Source: Candidatus Multivoradales bacterium
Lineage (GTDB): Bacteria > Acidobacteriota > Thermoanaerobaculia > Multivoradales > J023
DNA length: 64,000 bases
Direction: 5' to 3'
Assembly (NCBI GenBank): GCA_965248925.1
Contig: CBDFLE010000006.1
Location: 3,360,001 to 3,424,000, forward strand
Below, one piece after another: positions 1-9,580 of the stretch. A program made the position numbers and the translations under genes. The notes under the pieces were generated by a model. It was not told where the DNA came from and did no database searches. It worked only from the letters and a program-made list of their open reading frames with translations. The first letter of the stretch is position 1. Every line of letters begins with the position of its first letter.

Positions 1-533
1 CAACGAGCGCTCGTCGCAGAAGGTCGTGACCGGTATTCCGTCGATCAGCTCCATCGCGAAGTAGGGCACACCGTCGTCGGTCGTACCGGCGTCGAGGATC
101 TTGCCGACATTGGGATGATCGAGCCGCCCCATGGCGTGACGCTCGGCCTCGAATCGCGCCCTAGCCTGGCGCCCGGCCACCGCCGTGCGCAAGATCTTGA
201 GCGCCACCTGGCGGCGCACCGTTCGTCCTGCTGGGCCAGAAACACCCGTCCCATGCCACCTTCGCCCAGCAAACTGAGCAGCCGATAGGGACCGACCGCC
301 GTTGGCATCTCGGGTTCGATCGTCGCCCGCCCGAGCTGCGGCGGTGCGAGGAATCCGTCACCGGTGTGATCGTCGGCGAGCATCTCCCGAACATCGGCCG
401 CCAACGCCGAGTCACTCGCGGCGAGCACCGCCTCGCGTTCTGCCGCCGGCAGACCGACCACCCGGGCGAGCAAGGCGAACCGCTGGCGGTCCTCGGACGA
501 ATCTTCAGATGATCTGTCTCGCTCGTTGGTCAC
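1..533 (-). pseudogene. Ser/Thr protein kinase (N-terminal part, runs off window), apparent 1-bp frameshift near 221
   Basis: GPYRLLSLLGEGGMGRVFLAQQDE, then in the shifted frame VRRQVALKILR...ARFEAERHAMGRLDHPNVGKILDAGTTDDGVPYFAMELIDG. Adding one base (GAA CG GTG to GAA CCG GTG) restores the frame; may be a sequencing error. Confidence 0.85.
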
Positions 534-647
534 AGTTCAACTCCCGATTCCGACACTGCCACTCCTAGGAGCTATATTCTCACGGAACGCTGAGCGTGTA
601 GCCCGGCGAGAGGGCGCCCGCTCTCAAGGCCGGTGCCGAGCCGTCCG

Positions 648-884
648 TCAAGGGCCAAGAGCCAGGAAAGCGTGCTCGACCGCCAAGCCGGGCGAACTGA
701 CGGCAGTGAAGGCCGGCACACCGTCGAGCAAGCAACGGTCGCAGACCGGATCGTCATGCTGATAGCCAACCGGACCAACGCCCGTCGACTGTTCGCAGAT
801 CGCACAAGGCGTGCCCGGCTTTTCGGCAATGCGGATGCAGTAGAAATGTTGGGCTGCCGACGTCGTCTTCGGATCTGCGGTCAT
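648..884 (-). CDS. small hypothetical protein with two CxxC pairs (possible Zn ribbon)
   Basis: MTADPK...PCAICEQ...PVCDRCLL; GAGGAG upstream of the ATG. Confidence 0.45.
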   Translation of the reverse strand: MTADPKTTSAAQHFYCIRIAEKPGTPCAICEQSTGVGPVGYQHDDPVCDRCLLDGVPAFTAVSSPGLAVEHAFLALGP

Positions 885-1194
885 AGCGTCGCTCCTCACG
901 GTAGGTCTGCTCCGGCGCAAGGGGTTGATCTCGACTGCCGAGCCAGACCCTCAGAGCAAGCCACAGAGAGCCTGCAGCGCCGAAATGGAGGAGGAGTGAG
1001 TACCCAAAAAGGCCGGCGGGTGTCAACGAGGTGCCTGGCGTAACTAGCTGATTGCAGGAGCTTTGTAGCTCAACTACGCTGAACTTCGCTAAAGCGCGTT
1101 CTCAACCGATTATACCCCAGCGGCGCCAAGTCCTTTGTTACCAGTGACTGGAGCCACGGACGCCGCCGATTCTTCACTCTCGGCCGCTACGGCC

Positions 1195-1338
1195 ATGTCA
1201 AAGACCGGCAAGCGGACGGTAGTGCTGAACTCCGGCACTCTGGCGACCCTCGAAGATCTGGAGCGGATCGACGGCAACCCCTACGTCGTCCCTGGCAGCA
1301 AGCCCGGCAACCGTCACAGCACGCTTCAGAAGCGCTAG
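1195..1338 (+). pseudogene. tyrosine recombinase/phage integrase fragment
   Basis: SKTGKRTVVLNSGTLATLEDLERIDGNPYVVPGSKPG resembles the SKTG...GNPYVIPG segment of phage integrase catalytic domains; ends at a premature stop. Confidence 0.6.
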
Positions 1339-1649
1339 GCACAGAACTCCACCCGCGCGGAGTGTAGGTGCTCAAGCAACGTCAGGGCATCTTCGACACC
1401 TTTCCGTTGTCTCTCATCACGACCCAGACGATCTCCCATCTTGGCAGTTTGGTTGGTGCCCCGCCCGACGTCCAGCGTTTTCGACCGACATCTTGGTGAA
1501 GGCAGCAGATGAGACGCCGTTCCCCGAGGACGACTGGGTGGGTTGTATGTAGCTCGCGATCGTCAGGGATGCCTCGGCGTCTACGGCTCGACCGCGGAAC
1601 CCGGCCGCGTCGCAATGACGATCCTGTGCTTATTGAGTCTCCGCCGTAG

Positions 1650-1736
1650 AATCTGATCCTCGAGAACGCCGCTCTTCGCCAACAGCTCGCAATTCTTCAA
1701 AGCCAGAAGCCAACACCGGCTTGGCTCAGCCGTCAG
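1650..1736 (+). pseudogene. N-terminal remnant of an rve integrase-core transposase
   Basis: Reads NLILENAALRQQLAILQSQKPTP, matching the LENxALRQQLAVL start of this transposase family. Confidence 0.5.
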
Positions 1737-1870
1737 ATGGCCACTGTCTCGTGCGGGAAAGCGTTGACTAAGCCAGCTACCCAGCCGACCGCTCCCATGA
1801 CTATCGCCTCGAGTGCCAAGTCGTCGACGCCGCAGAAGAGACGGTATCGATCACCACAACAGCCGAGTTA

Positions 1871-2089
1871 GTGGATGCCCCCCATATGGAGCACGTTCGC
1901 ACGCAGCTCCCCTATGCCCTGGTAGGGGGCGGTGCGGCCTTGCTTGCGTCATTGGCCACCTCCGCAATCGGTCTCAGTCCGTGGCTCGCGACGGCGCTGG
2001 GTTCGGCGGCGATCATCATCCTAGTTTGGGGGCTGGGGAAAGACCCGAATGCGCCTCCGAGGGGAGCTCGACATGAACCAGACGGCTGA
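1871..2089 (+). pseudogene. C-terminal fragment of an NhaC-family Na+/H+ antiporter
   Basis: HMEHVRTQLPYAL motif followed by two hydrophobic helices; the rest of the gene is absent. Confidence 0.65.
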
Positions 2090-3950
2090 CTCGATCTCGT
2101 ACTACAGCATCACCCTTCTGCTGGTTGCGGTCGCCGCGAACGCTGGCGACAAGGGGCCACTCAGCGTCGACGACGGACTGCGGATGAAGGTTGTCGAAGA
2201 GGCCGTGATGTCCCCCGACGGCGACTCTGTCCTGTTCACCGTCAGGAGCCTCGATTGGGCGAAGAACGAGTTCACTCACGAGCACCTGATGTACCGAGGC
2301 AGCACTCAATCGACGCATAAGTACATCGGCGACGGCGGCGGGGAGGATTTCAGATTTTCTCCCGACGGCCAGCTCATCGCGTTCCTGCGTGAATTGGGCG
2401 ACGAGACCGAGGGGTCGGCGCTGGCCGAAGGCAGCGAGTCTTCCCAGGTTTTCGTCATGCCTACTTTTGGTGGCGAGGCGTTGCAGTTGACCCAACACCC
2501 AGGGGGCGTTGCGAGCTTCCGGTGGTTGCCTGCGAGTGACCGGATTCTCTATCTCGCCGAGGGCCGGGACGATGACGGTACCGAGGCGGAGCGCCGCCTG
2601 GGAGACGACGCATACTTTGTGGACGAGACCCCCAACGGCAAGCAAGCGGCCAGATACACGAGCTTCTGGTCAATCGACGTCGCCCACCACGAGGAGGCAT
2701 CCAGGCTGTCGCAGCTGTCGCTGGTGGTCGGAGATTTCGCCGTCTCACCCGAAGGCGAGCGGGTGGTGTTCGATGCGCGGCCCGACACGCGGACCAACTA
2801 CCCCCACGAGGCTGAGCTCTACATGCTCTCGGTGACGGAAGGGACCGTCGCCAAGCTGACCAACAACGCGGCGCCCGAGAGCGGCGCCAGGTGGTCGCCA
2901 GATGGTAAGGCCATCGCCTATCGAGCCCCGGACGCCGAGACGTTCGAGCTCAGCAACGGGTACTTCTGGGTCATGGATCCGGATTCCGGAGAGACGCGGA
3001 AGTTGACCGAGCAGTCGATCGGCGAGTTGAGCACCGAGCCGGTGTGGGCAGCCGATGGCCGCAGCCTGCTCTACAATGAGATTCACGGAACCAGCACGAA
3101 CCTCTACCGCATTGACATCGAAACGGGGAAGGCGAAGGCGCTGACGAGAGGCGCCGGAACGCTGCGCGTTCACGGCTACTCCGCAGCCAGAGACCGGATG
3201 GTGTACAGCTACCAGAACTTCACCACCCCGTCAGATCTTTTCGTGAGCGATCTGGAGGCACGAAACCCGCGCCGCATATCCGACCTGAACCCTTGGATCG
3301 GCACGACCCGCGCGCTGACCGATGGGCAGTTGTTACGCTGGCGAAGCGAGGACGGCTTGCCGATCGAGGGGGTGTTCTTCCCAGCTCTCGCCAGCACGAC
3401 CGAAAAGACTCCCCTCATCGTCCACATCCATGGCGGCCCGGCAGGAGTCGTCGAGAACACCTTCCGAGATGATTTTCAGATTCTCGCTGGGCTCGGCTTC
3501 GCGATCCTGGCTCCCAACGTACGCGGCAGCACCGGCTACGGAGACGCCTTCCTGCGCGGCTTGGCCGGCGAGGTGGGGCCCGGGTACAACTTCGACGTTT
3601 CGCTGCGGTATATCGGGGGCAAACCGTGGGACAACCCTGCGGAGTTGCAGAAGAGATCGTCGATCACCCATGTCCGCAACGTCTCGACTCCCGCGATCAT
3701 CTTCCACGGTGGCGACGACGAAACGTCCAGCGTCGGCCAGTCCCTCATGTTCTACACTGCGCTCCGTGAAATCGGCAATGCTCCGGTGCGGTACATGCGT
3801 TTCCCCCGCGAGGGCCACGGGATCGAAGAGCCGAGGCACCGGAGGAGGTTGGCAACCGAGGAGATCATCTGGTTCATGAAGTACTTGCGCGGCCAGGACT
3901 GGCGTCCAGGGCCGCCGCTCTTCGCGGAACCCGTTCCTGCGGCCGAGTGA
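2073..3950 (+). CDS. S9 family (prolyl oligopeptidase/acylaminoacyl peptidase) protein with internal in-frame deletion of the nucleophile region
   Basis: Signal peptide, WD40/TolB-like propeller (FSPDG, WSPDG), IHGGP, NVRGSTGYG, catalytic Asp (HGGDD) and His (EGHG) motifs; no GxSxGG. Confidence 0.85.
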   Translation: MNQTADSISYYSITLLLVAVAANAGDKGPLSVDDGLRMKVVEEAVMSPDGDSVLFTVRSLDWAKNEFTHEHLMYRGSTQSTHKYIGDGGGEDFRFSPDGQLIAFLRELGDETEGSALAEGSESSQVFVMPTFGGEALQLTQHPGGVASFRWLPASDRILYLAEGRDDDGTEAERRLGDDAYFVDETPNGKQAARYTSFWSIDVAHHEEASRLSQLSLVVGDFAVSPEGERVVFDARPDTRTNYPHEAELYMLSVTEGTVAKLTNNAAPESGARWSPDGKAIAYRAPDAETFELSNGYFWVMDPDSGETRKLTEQSIGELSTEPVWAADGRSLLYNEIHGTSTNLYRIDIETGKAKALTRGAGTLRVHGYSAARDRMVYSYQNFTTPSDLFVSDLEARNPRRISDLNPWIGTTRALTDGQLLRWRSEDGLPIEGVFFPALASTTEKTPLIVHIHGGPAGVVENTFRDDFQILAGLGFAILAPNVRGSTGYGDAFLRGLAGEVGPGYNFDVSLRYIGGKPWDNPAELQKRSSITHVRNVSTPAIIFHGGDDETSSVGQSLMFYTALREIGNAPVRYMRFPREGHGIEEPRHRRRLATEEIIWFMKYLRGQDWRPGPPLFAEPVPAAE

Positions 3951-3989
3951 CCGGCGCGCTCGGTCGAGTGAGGAGAGGGGCCGGCTCCG

Positions 3990-4094
3990 TTGGTGGGAGT
4001 GACCACCGTCCTCGCCACAGCACTGCTGGCTAATCTCGTTCCAGCGTTGAAGGCGGCAAGCCTCGACCCGGTCGCGGTTCCCCGCAGCGAGTAG
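3990..4094 (+). pseudogene. C-terminal remnant of an ABC (FtsX/ADOP-type) permease
   Basis: LVGVTTVLATALLANLVPALKAASLDPVAVPRSE*, the same terminal pattern as 28733..31168 (PAQRAARRDPSAALRLE*). Confidence 0.6.
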
Positions 4095-4158
4095 CAGTGA
4101 CCAAGTCCTCACAGTTCAAGTTTGCCCAGCTCCCGATCGAAGGTAGTCAATACCGATG

Positions 4159-4290
4159 CTATCTAACGCTCAGCGGTATGCGGATTCGGCAGCCGGTACG
4201 GCCATCGGGCGCGGCTTCGAGGGCGAAATCGAAGCGGTGCTTGGACAGCACCTATTTGGCCAGGGTCAGCCCAATGCCTGCCTTCTGTCG
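4159..4290 (-). pseudogene. C-terminal remnant of a histidine kinase HATPase domain
   Basis: AGIGLTLAK*VLSKHRFDFALEAAPDGRTGCRIRIP: G2 box GIGL with an internal stop. Confidence 0.5.
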
Positions 4291-4326
4291 AGGTTCCTGC
4301 AGAGGAACCAAGCTGACTAGGTAGAG

Positions 4327-5718
4327 TTAATGGACCAGCCGGGTGTGGCTGTAAGCCGAGTACCAGCCGAACCAGAAGGCGCGGTGGGCCGGAAGTCGGG
4401 GCAGCAGGCGGCCGTCCGCGGTCGCCAGGCGGTCTTCATGCAAAGTCCAGCTAGTGCCGGATTCGTCGACCGCGGTGTGGTCACGATCCCAGCTGGCGAA
4501 GCGCAGGCCAGCGCTTTCGTAGACTCGGGCAGCGCCTGAATTGTCGGTCAGGACGACGAACGGTAGCTCACCGATCTGGTCGTGGTAGAGCGGCTTCTCG
4601 GCCAGGTAGGCGACCGCGATTGCCAGTGGCTGGTCAGGATGTTCGGAGACCTGGATGCCGAGCACTTGGTCCTTATTCTTCAGCCGCTGGTCGAGCTTGG
4701 GAACGCTGAACATCAGCTCGTCGGTGGCGAAGTAGCGCCGATAGGCGGCGCCTTCGGCGTAGTCGCGACGGTGGCCGGTGTCGAGGGATAGCACTTGGGT
4801 TCGCGGATGGCGCCGACGCCATTCGCCCCAGGTGGTGGTGACCACCGAGCGCCGTTCGAGCTCGATGTCTTGGCCGACCAGAGGGCCGATCACCGGCCGT
4901 CCCCACAGTGTGTTCCACAGCGATTGGCTGGCCTGGTCATACATCAGCTTGTTGGAGCGATAGAGGAAGCCGCTGGTGCCGAGGTGGTAGTTGGTTTCGG
5001 CGACGGTGGTCTCGTAGATGATCACCGTGCCACAGAGCGTGCAGTAAACCCCGGCCACCGGCACCGCGCCAACCGTGTCGACGAACATCTCGTGCCAGGC
5101 CAAGATCCGTTGTGGGTAGGCCCGCACATCGCCATTGATCTCGATGCCGAAGACGACGTCCTCATCGTCCAGATAGTCGGCCTCGGCGGCGCTGATCATC
5201 TGCGGCTGGCGCAGCGGTGGGATGCCGTCTTGCGGCACACCGCCCCAGCGGACCTCGTCGAGGCGGATCAAGCTGGTTCGCTGGGAGGAAAAATAGCCCT
5301 TGAACTTGGCATCGATCAGGCTGTAGATCGCCGACTTGAATTCCGCATAAGAGGGCGCCGGCTGCTCTTCTTGCTGCCACAGCCAGTCGTACCATCGATC
5401 GATATCGAAGCTGAAACGCTGGCCGGTCTGCTTCTGTAGCAGGCCGATCAAGCGGCGCTCGACGGCCCGGTCCCGCGACAGGTGGATCACCTCGAGAGCC
5501 ATCGTCACGTATCCGGGCTGCCAGCTGTCGCGGATGGTGTCGTAGGCCGCCTTGTGCTCACCGGCCGGTTCGGTGAGCAAGGTGACGAAGGCACCGGCGC
5601 CGGCTGAGCCATCGGTGGCGGCGGTGCTAGGTGAGTTGGTCTGGGCTTGGCCCAGGCTGGCTATCGAGAGCACAAAGGTAAAGGCCAGGAGGGCTTTTGG
5701 TTGGATCGACATCGTCAC
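4327..5718 (-). CDS. DUF3179 domain secreted protein
   Basis: Signal peptide; WGGVPQDGIPPL, RAYPQRILAWHEMFVD, YCTLCGT, GTSGFLYRSNKLMYD, FWFGW motifs. Confidence 0.9.
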   Translation of the reverse strand: MTMSIQPKALLAFTFVLSIASLGQAQTNSPSTAATDGSAGAGAFVTLLTEPAGEHKAAYDTIRDSWQPGYVTMALEVIHLSRDRAVERRLIGLLQKQTGQRFSFDIDRWYDWLWQQEEQPAPSYAEFKSAIYSLIDAKFKGYFSSQRTSLIRLDEVRWGGVPQDGIPPLRQPQMISAAEADYLDDEDVVFGIEINGDVRAYPQRILAWHEMFVDTVGAVPVAGVYCTLCGTVIIYETTVAETNYHLGTSGFLYRSNKLMYDQASQSLWNTLWGRPVIGPLVGQDIELERRSVVTTTWGEWRRRHPRTQVLSLDTGHRRDYAEGAAYRRYFATDELMFSVPKLDQRLKNKDQVLGIQVSEHPDQPLAIAVAYLAEKPLYHDQIGELPFVVLTDNSGAARVYESAGLRFASWDRDHTAVDESGTSWTLHEDRLATADGRLLPRLPAHRAFWFGWYSAYSHTRLVH

Positions 5719-5801
5719 TCCGGGAGACTCGGTTGCGGAAGATGCTGTTACCTCGTCTGAAGTCTACGTGGCTGCTGGCAGGGGCGGTTCAATTCCTTAC
5801 G

Positions 5802-5823
5802 GGCACCCAGTCGGCACCCAGTC
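5802..5823 (+). repeat. tandem duplication GGCACCCAGTC x2
   Basis: Read directly; starts with the GGCACCC core of the HUH element end motif. Confidence 0.8.
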
Positions 5824-5915
5824 GAAGCCGGTTGGCATAGATGCTGCCCGGAGCGAGTAGAAACTGCCCAAAATTGACCGGTGTCAATGAACACCATTCT
5901 TGACGCCCTTAGGGC

Positions 5916-7350
5916 CTTCTATGTTGCTTCTATGTTGCCACCCAAGTCGGCAGAATCATCGGAGATCGCGGTCTTCCGGCTCTGAAGAACGCAAACTCCT
6001 GCTGTTTGGCGTCTCGATCGGGCGCCTTGATCGACGATTCGTGTCCTTGAGCTTGCGGAAATCTACATTGACAGAGACGGGATGTCACCCGCGCCAACCC
6101 TTTGCGAATCAAGGGCGGACCTCTCCTGTAGAGAGTTGAAGATACTCTCGAACTCGGCCCCTTGCGGGTTGGTTAAGGCGGTGATGGCAACTGTGACGAT
6201 GCTGTCAATCCGTGCGCGCGGGCCGGCCCCGCGCGGCTCCGGGGCTGTCCGGCGCCGCTCGATGTGCATGGGCGCGCAGGCGGAAAGCATCCCGGCGGAA
6301 ACTCCACCGAGTAGTCGCCCGATCGCAGGCGAGTCGCCGCTTCTCGATATGCCTCGACGAACAGGCGGTAAGCTTCCTTCAACTGTTCTCGGACCGCCTT
6401 TGATGCGGCATGCACCACCGGTGCCGGAGACCTCTTAGTGCGCAGAGGACTCTCGTGTGGGTGCTGCTTGCGGATTGCCGTCGCACCCAGAGGTACGGTG
6501 CCGCCAAGCACTACCCTCCGGGCGTTCTTAGCGTCGATTTCCGCGATCATGTCGGAGATCCGCTGGCGGATCTCTGCGGGAGGGAGGTGCTGCCAGCAGG
6601 GTAGGGGATCAAGCTGCAGCGTGTAGCGCTCGATAAAGTCCTCAGGGTCGGTCTCTTTGCCGCGGCGGTTGGCCTCGTATTCGAGGCTGCGGTCGCGCCA
6701 GATCCCTTCGAGGGTTTTGCCTTGGGTGAGAGCCTCGAGACACTGAAGCCCCGGCCAATCCCGGCAGCGTAGCACCAGATGTTCCTTCGCACCGTGACTG
6801 ATCACATACCGAAGCCGGGAGACCATCGCGGCTTCTTCTTCGCTAACTTCGATGGCTCGGAACCGGCGGCCCCAGAATTTTTCTCGCCAGTTGACCCTGC
6901 GGCCAGCCTCGCGGGCGAGATTGCCATTGACGTATTCCATGAAGCCGGACAGATCTTTGATGTCGGTGGCTCCAAGTAGGAAATGGAGATGGTTTCGGAG
7001 CCCGCCGAATGCGTAGATCTTCACCGGGTGCCTCTGCTGGGCGCGGGCGATGATGCCGACCGCAATGCTGCGGAATTGTCCGTCAGCAGGCAGAAGGAAT
7101 CGGCTTTGGAGGCATCGCGTAGTGATTTCGAAAATGGCGCCGCCGGGGCGCAAGTGTCGCAAGAGTCTTGACATACCCCCTGTAGACGGCAAGAGGGTTC
7201 CCAATCTTGACAGTTCGCGGGAGAAAAGTTGGTGGATTGTGCGGTGGGGTGGAGCCGCGGTCCTTTGCGACCGATGTAAGATGCTGAAAACAAGAGAGTA
7301 CGGTTGGGGTGGCACCCCGCTGGCACCCCGCTGGGAGCACCCCGCTGGGA
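5916..7350 (-). mobile_element. RAYT-like (Y1 HUH transposase) element, full copy A
   Basis: Transposase ORF, ~300-bp tail shared with 9581-9905, inverted TGCCACCC(C/A)A motifs near both ends, and end motif GAGTACGGTTGGGGTGGCACCCC followed by tandem GCACCCCGCT units. Confidence 0.8.
6173..7174 (-). CDS. REP-associated tyrosine transposase-like protein (Y1_Tnp/HUH)
   Basis: FEITTRC, HUH motif NHLH, FWGRRF, candidate catalytic Tyr in RLRYVISHG, DWPG, C-terminal FPPGCFPP. Confidence 0.85.
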   Translation of the reverse strand: MSRLLRHLRPGGAIFEITTRCLQSRFLLPADGQFRSIAVGIIARAQQRHPVKIYAFGGLRNHLHFLLGATDIKDLSGFMEYVNGNLAREAGRRVNWREKFWGRRFRAIEVSEEEAAMVSRLRYVISHGAKEHLVLRCRDWPGLQCLEALTQGKTLEGIWRDRSLEYEANRRGKETDPEDFIERYTLQLDPLPCWQHLPPAEIRQRISDMIAEIDAKNARRVVLGGTVPLGATAIRKQHPHESPLRTKRSPAPVVHAASKAVREQLKEAYRLFVEAYREAATRLRSGDYSVEFPPGCFPPARPCTSSGAGQPRSRAGPARAHGLTASSQLPSPP

Positions 7351-7742
7351 ATTTCGGCGGCGCCGGCTCGCAGGACGACAGAGTCCAAGTGATCGCCGTC
7401 CAGGGCGACAGCCACATGGTTCTAGGTGCGGCCGCCGAGATCGCGCCCTACACTTTCGTGCCGGTCGTCGTTCGGCTCGATGGGAGTGGTAACTACGACA
7501 CCAATTTCTCAGGCAATGGCTGGCGTACTTTTCCCGATCCGCCGGGCTATGTACAGCGCGGCACACCGTCGATCGCCCTCCAGCGTGATGGCAACATAGT
7601 AGTCGCTTGCCTCGCCGTGGCGATCGAACCCGACGACAACGATCAGATCTTCAACACCCGTTTGCTGAGTTCCCATGTGCTGTTTGCCGATGGTCTCGAG
7701 AGCGGCACGGTCAGTGGCTGGACTACGTCGGTCGGCGACTGA
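7351..7742 (+). pseudogene. C-terminal fragment of a delta-60-repeat-like secreted protein, truncated at the HUH element end
   Basis: VVRLDGSGNYDTNFSGNG and IALQRDGNIVV repeats; ends LFADGLESGTVSGW; no start or signal peptide after the GCACCC repeats. Confidence 0.65.
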
Positions 7743-7877
7743 CCCGAGAGGTCGGCTCAAGGTGTTGCGGCCAGGGACCCGAGGCCGGCGTGCGGTTTCG
7801 CCTTGCCGAGCGTTTGGTCAAGTATGTCGCTCTGGATTGGCTGGGGCAGCTACTGACCGATGGTTCGGAGGCCGCCC

Positions 7878-9344
7878 ATGTTTGTTTGCAGACTCACGGT
7901 TGCTTTGCTGATTCTCGCTCTCTTCGCCGATCGAGGCTGGTCGGGTGAGATCGGTCAAGTTGGCGCCAACGACTTTCGGATCTCGGACATGGACGGGGCG
8001 CCTTTTGTCGGCATCACGGGGCCTGGCAGCGTCGCTTTCAACACCCTTGATCGGGAGTATCTAGTGGTCTGGTCGGGCACTGCGACGCCGTCGGCGACCT
8101 CCGAGATCTATGGCCAGCGCCTCGACCGCGACGGTTCTCCGGTCGGTGCCCCCGACTTTCGGATCTCGCAACTCAGCCAGGGCAATCCAAGCTTCGGCGC
8201 TTTCTCGCCGTCGGTGGTCTACAACCCACATCGCCGGGAGTACCTGGTGGTCTGGTATGGGCAGGACTTCCTGCTGCCCGACAACGGTAACGAAATCTAC
8301 GCTCAGCGCCTAAGGCCAGACGGCAGTAGCCTCGGGGGCAACTTTCGAATCTCTCAAACAGGCGACGGAACAGCGATATTTGATGCCTTCAATCCGGTTG
8401 CCACCTACAACGGAAACGACTTCGAGTATCTTGTCGTTTGGTACGCCGACCACGGTCAAGGTGCCCTGGTTAATAACGAGTTTGAGATCTACGGCCAGTT
8501 CCTTGACGCTGTCGGTGTAGAGATTGGAAGTGACTTCCGGATCTCCGAAATGGGAGGCTCTGGCGATCCCTCTGATGCTGCTTTTGAACCCGACGTCGCT
8601 TTCGATCCGATCAACGGTTGGTACCTGGTGGTCTGGACGGGTGACGCGGCCGGTGGCGCTCTGGTCGACGACGAGTTCGAAATCTACGGTCAGCTGCTCG
8701 ACGCGACCGGCCAGCAGATTGGTACCAACGACTTCTTATTGTCGGATCTAGGTGGCTTTGGCGACGCCGATTTCGACGCCGGCTCTCCGGCCGTCGAGTT
8801 CCAGCCGGTCACTCGCGAATGGTGGGTTGTCTGGTTCGGAGACGACGACGAGGGAGGGCTGGTCGAGGGGGAACTCGAGATCTTTGGCCAACGGCTGAGT
8901 ATTGCTGGCGCGCAGCTTGGCGACAATGATTTTCGTATCTCGACGATGGGCGGGTTAGGAGCCGCGGGTTTTTTCGCGTTCGTCCCCGATCTGGTTTTCG
9001 ACTCCAGCAGTGACGAAATGTTGGTAGCGTGGTCGGGCAACGAGCAGATCGGCGAAACCGAAATCCACCTGGCGCGCTTACGGGCCGATGGCCTCCTGGC
9101 CGATCGCTCAATCAGGATCTCGGACCTCGGGCCCGATGCCGATCCGAGCTTCTTTGCGGAGGCCCCCGCGCTCGCTTGGAACGAGGTTGATGGCCAGTTG
9201 TTAGTGGTTTGGTGGGGCAATGATGATCAGAGCGCGGGAGTCGCCTCCGATGTCGACATCTTTGGCCAACGGCTCACTCACCCCTTCTTCTGTGATGGTT
9301 TCGAATCGGGTGATTTCGCTGCTTGGAGCCAGGTGACGCCTTGA
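7878..9344 (+). CDS. secreted repeat (probable beta-propeller) protein with C-terminal FxDGFESG tag
   Basis: Signal peptide; ~7 repeats of EYLVVW...EIYGQxLD...DFRIS; ends FFCDGFESGDFAAWS. Confidence 0.85.
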   Translation: MFVCRLTVALLILALFADRGWSGEIGQVGANDFRISDMDGAPFVGITGPGSVAFNTLDREYLVVWSGTATPSATSEIYGQRLDRDGSPVGAPDFRISQLSQGNPSFGAFSPSVVYNPHRREYLVVWYGQDFLLPDNGNEIYAQRLRPDGSSLGGNFRISQTGDGTAIFDAFNPVATYNGNDFEYLVVWYADHGQGALVNNEFEIYGQFLDAVGVEIGSDFRISEMGGSGDPSDAAFEPDVAFDPINGWYLVVWTGDAAGGALVDDEFEIYGQLLDATGQQIGTNDFLLSDLGGFGDADFDAGSPAVEFQPVTREWWVVWFGDDDEGGLVEGELEIFGQRLSIAGAQLGDNDFRISTMGGLGAAGFFAFVPDLVFDSSSDEMLVAWSGNEQIGETEIHLARLRADGLLADRSIRISDLGPDADPSFFAEAPALAWNEVDGQLLVVWWGNDDQSAGVASDVDIFGQRLTHPFFCDGFESGDFAAWSQVTP

Positions 9345-9580
9345 GCACAGGATCGGCTAGTCGCTGGTTGCGGCCAGCTCGCGCACCTTCTTGGGCAATC
9401 GCAAGGGACGGTAGACTTGCTACCCTTCAAGCCGGCCGTAGGCCATGAGCCGCCCGCTGGCGATGCCCTCCGGGGTAGCCTGCACAAAGCCTTCCCAGCC
9501 ACTTTTCATCGCTGACGAGCCTTTGCTCTTAGCGACTGAAGGGCGGTGGATGCCGGTAATCAGCTCGCCTCGCACCAGGG

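Noticed and set aside
5781-5810. tRNA 3'-end-like GGTTCAATTCC...CCCA (possible att site)
   Set aside because: T-stem does not pair fully and there is no rest of a cloverleaf
5833-5847. sigma54-like TGGCATAGATGCTGC
   Set aside because: GG-N10-GC spacing is right but no intact + strand gene follows; could be chance or a relic
7311-7350. CRISPR-like short repeats
   Set aside because: Contiguous tandem units with no spacers and no cas genes; no CRISPR array seen in the window
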